A stretch of DNA of 64,000 nt from a virus (lineage: Duplodnaviria; Caudoviricetes), in IMG/VR virus record IMGVR_UViG_3300029286_000011; one strand, given 5' to 3'. The notes beneath the pieces are model-generated. The model was not told the DNA's origin. It made no database searches and worked only from the letters and a program-made list of their open reading frames with translations. The translations under genes were made by a program, and so were the position numbers. Of this stretch, positions 53,683 through 63,144 are shown one piece after another. Position 1 is the stretch's first letter, and every line of letters begins with the position of its first letter.

Positions 53683-54944
53683 GTCACCTCCTGCATGTAC
53701 TCACGAAGGATTTGCCGTTTTACCGCCGGACGCGGCACGGCCAGAACTGCCAAGTTGTCGATCAACTGCTGTGCACCTGAGAGTGTCCGGTGTCTCAGTG
53801 AATCCTCGTCACGTAGTCGCTGCGCCAGATCCATATCCGGCCCAACAACTTGTTCAATGGCGTCATAAGCCTCTGCCAATTCACCCTGACCAAGACCGAC
53901 GGCGTCTAACAGCTCGCGGCCCTCGCGAATAACATCATGGATGTTACTCACCACGGTGTCACGAAACACCTTGGGCTTATCATCCTGCAGAACCCGAGTT
54001 GCGTACTCTTCAGATGACAGACGAACAGTCGAACGTGTGCCATCGCTATTAACCACTGTCAGGTAGCGATAGCGACTTGTTCTTCGCTCATGTACCACCT
54101 CGAACTGGCCGTCCAGCAATTTCCTAGCCGATAGACGTTCAGCCAAATGGCCTAGATGCTCGGCTAATGTGCGAGCAATCCGTTGCTCCTCGTGCTGCAC
54201 TACCATCTCTAATCGACGCTTCTGCTCTTCCAGCTGCCGTTTGGCTGTGGCTGGATCCAGACGCATTAGATAGCTGGGTACATCGGCGGTGCTGCCGTAC
54301 GTCCATGTAATGGCAGCTCGTTCGACCGGATCGAACATGTAGTCAGCCTCTTTGTAGAGACGTGACCCTAATGTTTTGCGCCGTTCTGTTCGTATCGCTG
54401 GCATGACGTCACGCAGCTCGACCAGCGTCCTCTCAAACGGTATGACCAGCGCTGTCATGCCTTCGTCGTACTGCTTGTGTTTGCCCATAGGCAGCAGTCG
54501 TCGACCTGCCTCTGGATACCATAGTGTCATACCCAGATGAAATGCCTGAATAGCCGACCGTGCGGCCATGACAGATGCGATCTTCGGGTGCTTTGAGTCG
54601 AGCAGCTGCTTCGCAAAGATTATCGACTCAGCAGATGCGTCGAAAAGCTTTGCGACCTGCGCACGCTGTGCTGCCGTGACTTGGCGCTGGCCGGGCAAGA
54701 AGCTGCGAGACAGCTTGACTGTCTCATACTGCTGTGACAACCGCTCAGCAGTGATCTGAATTCGCGCCTGATCGAACTTAAGCTCTAGCTGTTCCTTAGC
54801 TGGTTTCTTTTTGCTGCGGCTCTTAACCGGCACGGGCCCGCCTCCTATGTGACCCAAGTACTTCATTGAGATGAGCTTCATGTCTATCTGCGTAGTACTT
54901 GCCGGAATATTCAGCGGCAAGGCACTGTCCAGAAGCCCACTCAC
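53667..54944 (-). CDS. DUF3150-like protein (start uncertain)
   Basis: KQLLDSKHP...LWYPEAGRRLLP, recalled from DUF3150-like proteins downstream of Ycf46-type AAA ATPases. Confidence 0.55.
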   Translation of the reverse strand: MSGLLDSALPLNIPASTTQIDMKLISMKYLGHIGGGPVPVKSRSKKKPAKEQLELKFDQARIQITAERLSQQYETVKLSRSFLPGQRQVTAAQRAQVAKLFDASAESIIFAKQLLDSKHPKIASVMAARSAIQAFHLGMTLWYPEAGRRLLPMGKHKQYDEGMTALVIPFERTLVELRDVMPAIRTERRKTLGSRLYKEADYMFDPVERAAITWTYGSTADVPSYLMRLDPATAKRQLEEQKRRLEMVVQHEEQRIARTLAEHLGHLAERLSARKLLDGQFEVVHERRTSRYRYLTVVNSDGTRSTVRLSSEEYATRVLQDDKPKVFRDTVVSNIHDVIREGRELLDAVGLGQGELAEAYDAIEQVVGPDMDLAQRLRDEDSLRHRTLSGAQQLIDNLAVLAVPRPAVKRQILREYMQEVTCAAT

Positions 54945-56412
54945 GTAATCGTGTCAGCTGGTCATGGTAACGATCAACGATCCTCGGCTGCATATCACCA
55001 AACTCTGCCACAGATACACCGGTTAACTTGGCTACGTGGCAGCAGTTTTCAATTTCAGCTCCAGTCCACTCTGCGTCATTTGGCAGCTGTATCTTAACTG
55101 CCTCTTCGACAGTCTTGGCATGCTTGTAGTTCATTAGATGCAGATTCCATATCTCCCGCTTCGCGGCAGTGCCAGGAAGATCGAGAAAGAATACTGCGTC
55201 TACACGGCCTGGACGACTAAACTCCACAGGCATAGAAGACATATCGTTGCATGTAGCGATGAAGTAGATATCGCTCTCATGGTCGTTAAGCCACTTCAGT
55301 ATCTCGCCAAACAATCGTGCGGCGACGCCTGAGTCTGTTGACGCAGATGCCTGACCGCCGGCAAGACTTTTCTCGACTTCGTCGCAGAACAATATGGCTG
55401 GTGCCATCTTGTCCGCTATCTGTAACGCTTGTCGTACCTGACGCTCTGTCTGGCCAACAAGCGAGCCCATCATCGCACCAACGTCCAACACCAGTGTAGG
55501 ACGCCCGGTCTCGTTACCAAGCGCCTTAGCGAATAGCGACTTACCGACGCCGGAAAGACCTAACAACAGTAAGCCTTTGGCTTTTCTATCGTCTGTATCC
55601 CTGGGTGTCAGGCACGTCTTGCTAAACTGCTTGAGAAAATTCAAGCCACCAATCTTCGAGAACGATTCCTTGCCCTTATAGACTGACAGACCAGGAACGC
55701 CCTTCTTCAACTCAGCTGCCTTTTCGTCCCACAAAATACCTGGCTGCACCGTGCGTGCTCGTTTTAGCGACAGCGCAATTGCGCCTTCGGCCTGGAAACG
55801 GCTCAGACCGGCCATTGAAGCTAGTGCGGCTTTGGTGACATTGTTGTCCGAAGGCAACTCAGAAGGCTCACAAACAGCCGTCATGATTTCATGCAGCTGT
55901 GCACTGTCTGGCAGCTCATGCTCGATAACGCTGACTATGTCCTTGATCTCAGGCGGTATGGCCAGCACAGCCGACAAAATGATGACGTACTGCCTACGGA
56001 CGGCCTTACCCTCCATTATCTGATGGTAGAGCATCTGATAATGAAGTGGCTGCGGCAGAACGCCATGGGCGTTATGTAGCACCATGATTGCCGGGCGCTC
56101 GTACTTTACGTCCTTCGGATCTGTGCCGCGCACAACGTTCATATCCTGCAACACAGCAATGGCCTGCTGCAGCCTGGTATCAGGCGGTGTTCCTGGTCGA
56201 TTGCCAGCAGGCATAAGCACAGCCTTGCCGTATTTGTCGTCCAGAACACGTGTGCCACGTTCGGCATCCCAGATGCCAAAGAACCATTTGCGGCGAATAC
56301 ACAGCTGCTGGATATCGTCTATGGCTGCAGCTTGTTCGCCTGCATTCGATACAACATAAAGGCCAGTGAAGCCTGTGATGACTCGTTCTTCGATAGAGTC
56401 TTGAAAGGTCAC
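54823..56412 (-). CDS. Ycf46-like AAA+ ATPase
   Basis: Walker A GLSGVGKS, Walker B LFCDEVEK, RPGRVD. Confidence 0.85.
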   Translation of the reverse strand: MTFQDSIEERVITGFTGLYVVSNAGEQAAAIDDIQQLCIRRKWFFGIWDAERGTRVLDDKYGKAVLMPAGNRPGTPPDTRLQQAIAVLQDMNVVRGTDPKDVKYERPAIMVLHNAHGVLPQPLHYQMLYHQIMEGKAVRRQYVIILSAVLAIPPEIKDIVSVIEHELPDSAQLHEIMTAVCEPSELPSDNNVTKAALASMAGLSRFQAEGAIALSLKRARTVQPGILWDEKAAELKKGVPGLSVYKGKESFSKIGGLNFLKQFSKTCLTPRDTDDRKAKGLLLLGLSGVGKSLFAKALGNETGRPTLVLDVGAMMGSLVGQTERQVRQALQIADKMAPAILFCDEVEKSLAGGQASASTDSGVAARLFGEILKWLNDHESDIYFIATCNDMSSMPVEFSRPGRVDAVFFLDLPGTAAKREIWNLHLMNYKHAKTVEEAVKIQLPNDAEWTGAEIENCCHVAKLTGVSVAEFGDMQPRIVDRYHDQLTRLREWASGQCLAAEYSGKYYADRHEAHLNEVLGSHRRRARAG

Positions 56413-56594
56413 TGAACCACCTCTGACGCTATGCCCACGTCAAACTGTTCGGGTTTTGGATCCGACCTGATAATGGTCAATCCAAGTTTGCTGCATATCT
56501 CGCGCAGCTTGTCTTCACAGGCTGGGCCTCGAAAGCCGTCGGTCTCCAGCAACGCACCGTTGGGCGTGATCTTGATCTTGATGCGTTCTGTCAT
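56409..56594 (-). CDS. DUF2997-like small protein
   Basis: IKIKITPNG..ETDGFRGPAC. Confidence 0.7.
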   Translation of the reverse strand: MTERIKIKITPNGALLETDGFRGPACEDKLREICSKLGLTIIRSDPKPEQFDVGIASEVVQ

Positions 56595-56938
56595 GGTGTT
56601 GTCGTTTCCGAAAGTGTCAGCTCCAGTTCAATGGAGCCATCGAGACGAACAACCTGCAGCTGATCAATGGGCCGCAAGCTAAGCTGAGACAAAAGCTCTA
56701 GCTGATACTCCATGGCGAATTGATCAAGATCACGCTGCTGCGTAACGCTGCGACGGCGCTGGAAGTCTGAGTCCAGCTGATTACCAGTGCGCAGATCAAT
56801 AGACATCTGTGTGCCGGAAGGCAACACAACATACGCATACGGGTCGGTACCTGTTACGGTACAACCCAGACGATCACACGTTTTTTGCAAGATATCGCGA
56901 CTGCGTATATCTCGCTTAATCTGTACCACTGTGCTCAT
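56591..56938 (-). CDS. DUF1257-like protein (start revised to 56938)
   Basis: GGAGG SD; DILQKTCDRLG; position in the DUF1257-DUF2997-AAA trio. Confidence 0.6.
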   Translation of the reverse strand: MSTVVQIKRDIRSRDILQKTCDRLGCTVTGTDPYAYVVLPSGTQMSIDLRTGNQLDSDFQRRRSVTQQRDLDQFAMEYQLELLSQLSLRPIDQLQVVRLDGSIELELTLSETTTP

Positions 56939-56954
56939 ACTTCCTCCCATAAAT

Positions 56955-56992
56955 AGACAAACCACCGGCCGTAGTGTTAGTACGGCCGGTGG
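56955..56992 (-). terminator. Probable intrinsic terminator
   Basis: 12-bp stem CCACCGGCCGTA/TACGGCCGGTGG followed by TTTGTCT. Confidence 0.6.
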
Positions 56993-57007
56993 CTATGAAC
57001 GATCAGA

Positions 57008-57391
57008 CTAGCTGCGCAACTGGGCCTCCAGCAACGACACTAGTCCACGCGCCATCGAAAGGATAGTCTGCATCCTTTCGACCTTCTCAATTTGTTGCAC
57101 TCCATCGCGAAGCTTCTTGGCCAGAAGCTCGGCGTTCGATTCTTTTGCCGGCTTCGACCTCTTGACGGCTACCTTGCCGTTCACAGCCTTCTTCAGCTGC
57201 CGAAGCGTTCGCTTGTTGCGACGCAGCTTGTGCCGGGCGCTGTGCACGTCCTTACGCACAATCGCCTTGTGTCCTGCGGTGTGAAGAGAATCCAAGATCT
57301 CATCGATCGAGGCGTCCGGCGCCTGCAACAGAGCGGCCGTGACAATCGCTGCGCGAGACGGTTTCGAACGTACCATTAAACACTCCTTCAC
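57008..57391 (-). CDS. Basic hypothetical protein (127 aa)
   Basis: AAGGAG SD. Confidence 0.65.
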   Translation of the reverse strand: MKECLMVRSKPSRAAIVTAALLQAPDASIDEILDSLHTAGHKAIVRKDVHSARHKLRRNKRTLRQLKKAVNGKVAVKRSKPAKESNAELLAKKLRDGVQQIEKVERMQTILSMARGLVSLLEAQLRS

Positions 57392-57455
57392 GTGAGAAAC
57401 AAAAAGCTAGCATCCTAGCAAAATAATCACAGCACATCATGCGCTGCGAACATAA

Positions 57456-57965
57456 CTACTCACGACCGGTGCGTGGATCAAAATCAATGTCGACCCAGGC
57501 ACCAAACCCACGAGCATCCCACTTCATAAACCGACGCTGTATCTCTTTTGTTTGCGTCTTGTATTGTGAGCGCGGGAACTGCTCTTTGAGCTGGTCGATA
57601 GCGTCGCCTTCCCACAGTACCACCTCTTCGCCACCATTAACCCGCTCTATAAACCTGTAAGCGGGTCGGGCTCCGTGAATGGATAAGTAGGAATGCAACA
57701 GTTTCCGGTCAAAAGACCACTTGAGTGCAAATGGACCTTTGTGACCGTGACCTTGTACGTAGTAGATTAGATCCCCAGGCTTAGGGCGTCTACTAGTGTC
57801 AGAAAGACCAACGTACAAGGCTTGCTCGTGTTCGATAACACAATGGCACCCATGGAAGAACACATCGTCATTATCGTCACGAGCAATAAAGCCAAATGGG
57901 TTCTCGTCCACACGGGAGAAGAACTTTACTACGCCTGGCTTAATGCGCCCCACGAGTTCCTCCAT
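57456..57965 (-). CDS. Cold-shock-domain protein with C-terminal extension
   Basis: GVVKFF...FGFI...DVFFH (RNP1/RNP2). Confidence 0.75.
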   Translation of the reverse strand: MEELVGRIKPGVVKFFSRVDENPFGFIARDDNDDVFFHGCHCVIEHEQALYVGLSDTSRRPKPGDLIYYVQGHGHKGPFALKWSFDRKLLHSYLSIHGARPAYRFIERVNGGEEVVLWEGDAIDQLKEQFPRSQYKTQTKEIQRRFMKWDARGFGAWVDIDFDPRTGRE

Positions 57966-57984
57966 ACCTAAAGGCTACCAAGTA

Positions 57985-58006
57985 ATTATGCCCCTAATAG
58001 CCACAA
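57985..58006 (-). promoter_or_regulatory. Putative promoter TTGTGGCT-N6-GGCATAAT
   Basis: 16 of 22 positions identical to 7341-7362. Confidence 0.5.
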
Positions 58007-58331
58007 GTATTCAATGAGCTAAGGCAACAAGACAACTGCACCAGGACCGTGTCGAGAATAAATCTCAGTCGCGTCAACGACAAACACAGTGATCAATTGT
58101 GAATGTCTGCTGGTTCAGGTCGATCGTTCGCTAAAGGTCCTCCGGAAAGGTGAAAAGCACCCACAGTTGTCCGAAACCGATAAGGAGGCAAAATCCGGCG
58201 GTTTAACACCAGGTCATCCTGGCGTTGGCGCTAACAGTTCGTGTATCAAGGCCTCACTGTTAGCCACGTGTTGCCTATGCTTCGTCAAACATGATCGTCG
58301 TAATCAGAAGCATAGCTCATTGACATAAAGG

Positions 58332-58595
58332 CTATTGAAGAATCACGTTATGGATGTTGTCTGTGTACTGAATGCTGACTTTCATTCCGTGTATTTCATC
58401 TAACCCTAAAACACCGAGTCGCCACAACGTCTGGGCAGTCTCACTGTCGAAGTGCTGGCTACCCAGCAGCAATAGGTTATAAGCCGTGTCGACATACAAC
58501 GTGACATACTCCGGTCGACGACGATGAAGGCTAACAAAACTCTTCTCAGCCTCGACCAAGTCTGTCAAAGCCATACGACCCGCGTCAATAGACAT
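58332..58595 (-). CDS. Hypothetical protein
   Basis: ORF with SD. Confidence 0.55.
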   Translation of the reverse strand: MSIDAGRMALTDLVEAEKSFVSLHRRRPEYVTLYVDTAYNLLLLGSQHFDSETAQTLWRLGVLGLDEIHGMKVSIQYTDNIHNVILQ

Positions 58596-58653
58596 GACTG
58601 ATCTCCGTGATAGTTATACACTTTACCTGGATGGCGACACTGCTACAAGTACA

Positions 58654-59001
58654 TTACCAGTACGGTACGCCAGTCCCATCCAGGGCCCTACGAAGCGCTA
58701 TTCCATGAACCATACGCCACAAAGCAACAACGGCAAGACGAATGTTCAGCGGTCGTTGCTTAAACTCCTCGGGTGTGGTGCCTAGCCACCGAGTGAGTCG
58801 GCAAAAGTCGTCAAGCGACAATAGCCCAATCATGGTGCTTCGTATGAACGCTTTATGCATGCTGCCAAACATGTCAGGAGTCGCATCGGTTCGTTTGGCA
58901 ATAAGTTCAAGTTCAATGTCTAGGCCGTTCATCACGCTGTGTGCGGCCTGCTTTATCGTCTCTTCTACGTCTATTCGTGGTAGCCAGGTAGACATAGTCA
59001 T
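58654..59001 (-). CDS. Hypothetical protein (start revised to 59001)
   Basis: ATGA coupling with the upstream stop. Confidence 0.6.
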   Translation of the reverse strand: MTMSTWLPRIDVEETIKQAAHSVMNGLDIELELIAKRTDATPDMFGSMHKAFIRSTMIGLLSLDDFCRLTRWLGTTPEEFKQRPLNIRLAVVALWRMVHGIALRRALDGTGVPYW

Positions 59002-59519
59002 ACCAACTGTCGAGTTAGTGTGCTGCGTGGGGCAGACGACCTGTGTGCCTGATTTACGAGTGCGGTGATATTTGTCATCATGTTGCCATGATTGCATGCT
59101 GCTGGCAGCTCCTGCGGACCAATAACACTGCAGCCCGCTCGACTATATAGTTGCGCAGCAGTTGTGGCTGCCGCAGATGTGCTCATTATCTCGGGCCAGT
59201 AGTCTAAGTCATTCGCACTTTTGACAAACAATACAAATAGTTGTTGTTCTAGCGTGACCTCGGCTACAGCCTTCAACAAGCTTCTTGGATCAGCATACCA
59301 TGTGGCATTGCTCAGTTGTATACGTACGCCGCCGCCGAGGCAACCAGCAACAGTGCCAAGCGGCTTTCTGAACATGCTGGTTGCCTCGGTGAGAGCAGCT
59401 ACTGTTATCTGCGGAACGTCAGTAGCATTAAGCTGGTAGAACAGCACCTGTGTGTTTAACCTAGGGCAGTCCTCCAGCCTCGCAAGGAAACTACGACGTC
59501 GGCTGAGTGGTGGTTTCAT
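58998..59519 (-). CDS. Hypothetical protein
   Basis: ORF track; start uncertain. Confidence 0.5.
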   Translation of the reverse strand: MKPPLSRRRSFLARLEDCPRLNTQVLFYQLNATDVPQITVAALTEATSMFRKPLGTVAGCLGGGVRIQLSNATWYADPRSLLKAVAEVTLEQQLFVLFVKSANDLDYWPEIMSTSAAATTAAQLYSRAGCSVIGPQELPAACNHGNMMTNITALVNQAHRSSAPRSTLTRQLV

Positions 59520-60207
59520 CAGTTTCTTGCTTCTGCGCTTGCTGCGTAAGCTCAGTCATCCATGAATTCAACGTAGCGTTACTTGCGTCAAGTTCACGCT
59601 TCTTGTGCAGCCGAAACTCGAGATCCGTCATCCACAGATACAACGTGTCTCGAATAACACGTGGAAATTGAGCCAGCCAATCATCCGGCGACTGCGTGCC
59701 AAACAACACAGGTTCAACCTGCAGCGGCTTGGCCCCCAATATGGCCCGCCAGTAGCCTACGTTGTTGTTGTTACGGCCCTTGAGTCGATCTTTCGAATGA
59801 ATCATGGAAACGCCGTAGTAGCGCTGGTCGTTCAACGTGAAGGCCAGCAACAGCCCTGCACGAACATCGCCGCCGAGGTTGTTTACCCCGGCACGTTCGT
59901 TGATCTTGTCATAAAGGAACAGGCGCTTGCTGTGCAACTGAGCAACTCTACGAACGTGCGCCACGGCGTACTTGCAGAATTGCTCGTAGTCAAGCCTTGA
60001 CGAGATTCGACGCAGCACCGAATCGTCTAGTGGACAGGGCTCACAGCCATGCAGCTTGAGATAGTTGTCCCATAGCTCGATCTTCTCTTTGGCAAGGGTT
60101 GTCAGTCCTGCCTCAACGGCCTGCGTGACAAGCAGACGCATGTCGTAAGTCATCGTACGATGACCATACTCCAGCCCGTTTCGCTTCTTACACTTGCGTG
60201 AGGACAC
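59491..60207 (-). CDS. Hypothetical protein
   Basis: ORF track; start uncertain. Confidence 0.6.
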   Translation of the reverse strand: MSSRKCKKRNGLEYGHRTMTYDMRLLVTQAVEAGLTTLAKEKIELWDNYLKLHGCEPCPLDDSVLRRISSRLDYEQFCKYAVAHVRRVAQLHSKRLFLYDKINERAGVNNLGGDVRAGLLLAFTLNDQRYYGVSMIHSKDRLKGRNNNNVGYWRAILGAKPLQVEPVLFGTQSPDDWLAQFPRVIRDTLYLWMTDLEFRLHKKRELDASNATLNSWMTELTQQAQKQETDETTTQPTS

Positions 60208-60685
60208 CGCTATTCTCCTTTTTCCATTGGTCTATCCAGTTGTTCAGAATCTCTTCGAGACGCAACCACGAGCAGCCCTGCCCGGTAATCAGTACGCCAC
60301 CGCCCGAACAACCCTGGGCGATGTTGGCGTTGCATACAGCCCACGTGAATGCCTGGCACTTAAGTGGCCGCCACGTGAACAGAAACAGCTGTATCAGAAG
60401 TGCCACCTGTTCCGGGTTGCCGTCCTTGTCAAAAAGGCGCAGGAAACGCGAGTTACCTTTGCTGTACAGCTGCCACTGGAAGTCCACTATGGGCGACATA
60501 TCGCTATGCATAAGAAAGCGCGGACCAGTCTTAGCCGGCATGATGTCCGTGTCGGCTATGTCTGAGCTGGCGACCTCAACACCGTTGGGCAGTATGGATA
60601 CATCTTCAAGCTGAGACATCAACCAGCGCTCTTCGTCCGTATTGATGTCGTCAATTACTGTGCTGAACTCAACGTACGTTGTCAT
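60188..60685 (-). CDS. Hypothetical protein
   Basis: ORF track; tight packing. Confidence 0.65.
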   Translation of the reverse strand: MTTYVEFSTVIDDINTDEERWLMSQLEDVSILPNGVEVASSDIADTDIMPAKTGPRFLMHSDMSPIVDFQWQLYSKGNSRFLRLFDKDGNPEQVALLIQLFLFTWRPLKCQAFTWAVCNANIAQGCSGGGVLITGQGCSWLRLEEILNNWIDQWKKENSGVLTQV

Positions 60686-60688
60686 GAT

Positions 60689-61300
60689 TTACGACACCCA
60701 GTCTAGATGTTGTTGGATCGTACCCAGTGTAGTGGGGCTGATTGTAGGCCACGGTGCAGCTGTATACTCTACGCAATAAGCCGGTTTGCCGTTGATGCGT
60801 AAGAATGCATCGCTGCCGCTGTCGGCATCTTCTCTGCTGTCCAGCCACACAAGTTGCAGACCTGGAACATTGGACGCTACGAACACGATATTGCCCTCAT
60901 CGCACACTACGATGGCTCGCGGTGGCTGAACAACAACAGGATCTGCGCGCTTATCAATACGGTCGAGATACCGCTTTAGACTAGCTGCTTTTTCATACAG
61001 CTGCGCGGACTCGACTACATCTCTAGTGCCACCACCGCTACATACTTCGATAGTTGTGAGCCAATCAGTAAGTACTGTTCGTAGCTCATTACCGCGCTCG
61101 TCATACACAAGTCTGTCAGACAGCTGTGCAAGCTGCTTGTTACTTGTTGGTCTACACACGGCAAAGTAGCTTGGAAAGTTCTCCACTAGCTCTGCTGGAA
61201 TCGTGTCCTTATCAACAGACTTGTAGTACGTCTGTCGAAGAAGCTGCAAGGCCGACAGGATTGTGGCCAACTCATCGTAGGTAACGGTTACTATCGGCAT
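60689..61300 (-). CDS. Hypothetical protein
   Basis: ORF track; tight packing. Confidence 0.65.
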   Translation of the reverse strand: MPIVTVTYDELATILSALQLLRQTYYKSVDKDTIPAELVENFPSYFAVCRPTSNKQLAQLSDRLVYDERGNELRTVLTDWLTTIEVCSGGGTRDVVESAQLYEKAASLKRYLDRIDKRADPVVVQPPRAIVVCDEGNIVFVASNVPGLQLVWLDSREDADSGSDAFLRINGKPAYCVEYTAAPWPTISPTTLGTIQQHLDWVS

Positions 61301-61307
61301 TTGTTGT

Positions 61308-62366
61308 TTAGTCTATGTCACACACCACGGCAGGTAGTTTCTCTGTGACAACACAGCGGAACAGAGGGATAGCTGCATGATATTCGCCAACTGTCTCTAG
61401 CATGCTGGCCAAGATGCCAACGTGCATTGTCAGTTCGCGTTTCGTATTGTCAGTCACGTATGTGTAGTCGACTTGTGCGATGTGTGGCTCGAACCGACTA
61501 GCCAGTCGAGGCGAGTTTGGCGGCTGCAAGTACAGCTTCGACATCCAGCCTCCGACAACTTGGTCGGAGCCTGAGCCGCATCGCTCCGTGTAGAACATGT
61601 CTCGCCAAAAGCCACTGGCTACAGCCTGGACCTCGGCAGCTTCAGCTATCTCCTGAGCTAACTGTGTCAGAACCATATTGATAGTTTCGACAGACTTCAG
61701 CACAGCCTGATCCAGCTTCTGCACAAGTAACGCTGTTACAGCTTGCCAGGCCAGTGCCAAGCGACCGTAGTCATCGGCCGTACCCAGCACTAGCACTGCA
61801 GGAAAGCCACAGGCACAAAGCATGTAGTCGTAGTATGGCGATACCATGTCCATAAACGACGCGTAGCAAGCCATTCTGGAGGCGTCGTTGGTTGTAGAGA
61901 ATTCCGGTAGAAACAGATCCACACGTGTTGGCACACAATCCGACAGCATCGGGATAAATTCAGCTGGCTGCAGTATCGGGTTCAGTGTGTTGACTACGAG
62001 TGTCTTTTTGTCAGGAGACGTTGTGAACAGGCTGCGAAAGCTCTCAGGATCATTCTTGATCTGAACAGCCAGCTCACACAGCAAGCCCTGCCATATGACA
62101 TCCGGTGTGATGACAGGCACCAGATGCTGCGCCCAGCAGTACTCAAGATAGGCTAGATAGCCTCGATGATGGCCTGTTGCAGTTCCAATGTTGTCGTGAA
62201 TGACAAAGATGCTTTGTGTGGCCTGCCGCGACATGTCGCGGCCGTACGCAGCATCGGACGTCGACTTATACGACACCACCCTGTCCGTGAAGTGTGACAG
62301 AAACCTACTATGATCAGCCTGTGCTACTTCGTTGTATTTGAGGGAAGAATCAAGCGAGATGAGCAT
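61308..62366 (-). CDS. DUF4419-like protein
   Basis: HLVPVITPDVIW..L, FSTT, PYYDY..CGFPAVLVLGTADDY. Confidence 0.7.
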   Translation of the reverse strand: MLISLDSSLKYNEVAQADHSRFLSHFTDRVVSYKSTSDAAYGRDMSRQATQSIFVIHDNIGTATGHHRGYLAYLEYCWAQHLVPVITPDVIWQGLLCELAVQIKNDPESFRSLFTTSPDKKTLVVNTLNPILQPAEFIPMLSDCVPTRVDLFLPEFSTTNDASRMACYASFMDMVSPYYDYMLCACGFPAVLVLGTADDYGRLALAWQAVTALLVQKLDQAVLKSVETINMVLTQLAQEIAEAAEVQAVASGFWRDMFYTERCGSGSDQVVGGWMSKLYLQPPNSPRLASRFEPHIAQVDYTYVTDNTKRELTMHVGILASMLETVGEYHAAIPLFRCVVTEKLPAVVCDID

Positions 62367-62444
62367 ATTGCTGCCTATACGCGATGCGTAATCAGGGAAT
62401 AGCGGTGAACGAACAAAGCTACAAGATGTGCTAGGACGTAACAG

Positions 62445-62468
62445 AAAAAGCCGACCATAGATCGGCTT
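62445..62468 (-). terminator. Intrinsic terminator
   Basis: AAGCCGA/TCGGCTT stem followed by T-tract. Confidence 0.65.
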
Positions 62469-62492
62469 CTACGTCCTTGTCAGAATTGGCTA

Positions 62493-62822
62493 CTAATTGC
62501 CCAGTGCACCCAGGCCACCGCCCAGAAGTGCGCCTGCAGCTGCGCCATAAGCAGAGCCATAGCTGGGGTTCTCAATGAACGGTTCAGCGTAATCGCCTAG
62601 GCCGTGCTTAGCTGCCAACATGGCCAACCACGGGGCAGCCAAATAGCCTGCTGTGCCGCCTATGAGACCGCCTTTAGCAGTACGACGAATCTTTCGATTC
62701 TTTCGTCTCTTCTCGTCAGTATCAGACAACGAAGCAATGGCTTCTTGGATGTCGAAGGCCCGCTTGACGGTGCCCGAGGCTGCACGCTGACCGAGTTCGG
62801 CGGCTGTCATAAGAATACTCAC
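62493..62822 (-). CDS. Small glycine-zipper protein
   Basis: GGLIGGTAG and GAAAGALLGGGLG; VKRAF. Confidence 0.65.
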   Translation of the reverse strand: MSILMTAAELGQRAASGTVKRAFDIQEAIASLSDTDEKRRKNRKIRRTAKGGLIGGTAGYLAAPWLAMLAAKHGLGDYAEPFIENPSYGSAYGAAAGALLGGGLGALGN

Positions 62823-62872
62823 TGAGGTTCTACATCCATCTTAGACGGCTATAGGCCGCCGGTCCATACAGG

Positions 62873-63133
62873 TCAATCAAGACCAGATTCTTCAGCAAGC
62901 CACGGGGGTAGCTTTAGCCCCAGCACAAGCTCGCCCTCTCGAATATCGGTGGCCTCCGTGTCGCCACCATTCTTGTAGCAAATGCCCCTAAGTTGACTTT
63001 TCGGCAACCACGTAAGGTGGTCGGACTCATTGAGCGGATAATTGTCGCTTAGCCCTATAGCCTTGTCTGTCTGACGTGCCAGATAGACTCTGACTTGCAC
63101 CCAGGTAAAATTGGCCTTAGCCACAGTGAACAC
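62873..63133 (-). CDS. Hypothetical protein
   Basis: GAGG SD with GTG start. Confidence 0.55.
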   Translation of the reverse strand: MFTVAKANFTWVQVRVYLARQTDKAIGLSDNYPLNESDHLTWLPKSQLRGICYKNGGDTEATDIREGELVLGLKLPPWLAEESGLD

Positions 63134-63144
63134 CTCGTTGAATT

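Noticed and set aside
58007-58331. CsrB-like sponge RNA
   Set aside because: About 5 GGA in ~320 nt is the chance expectation.
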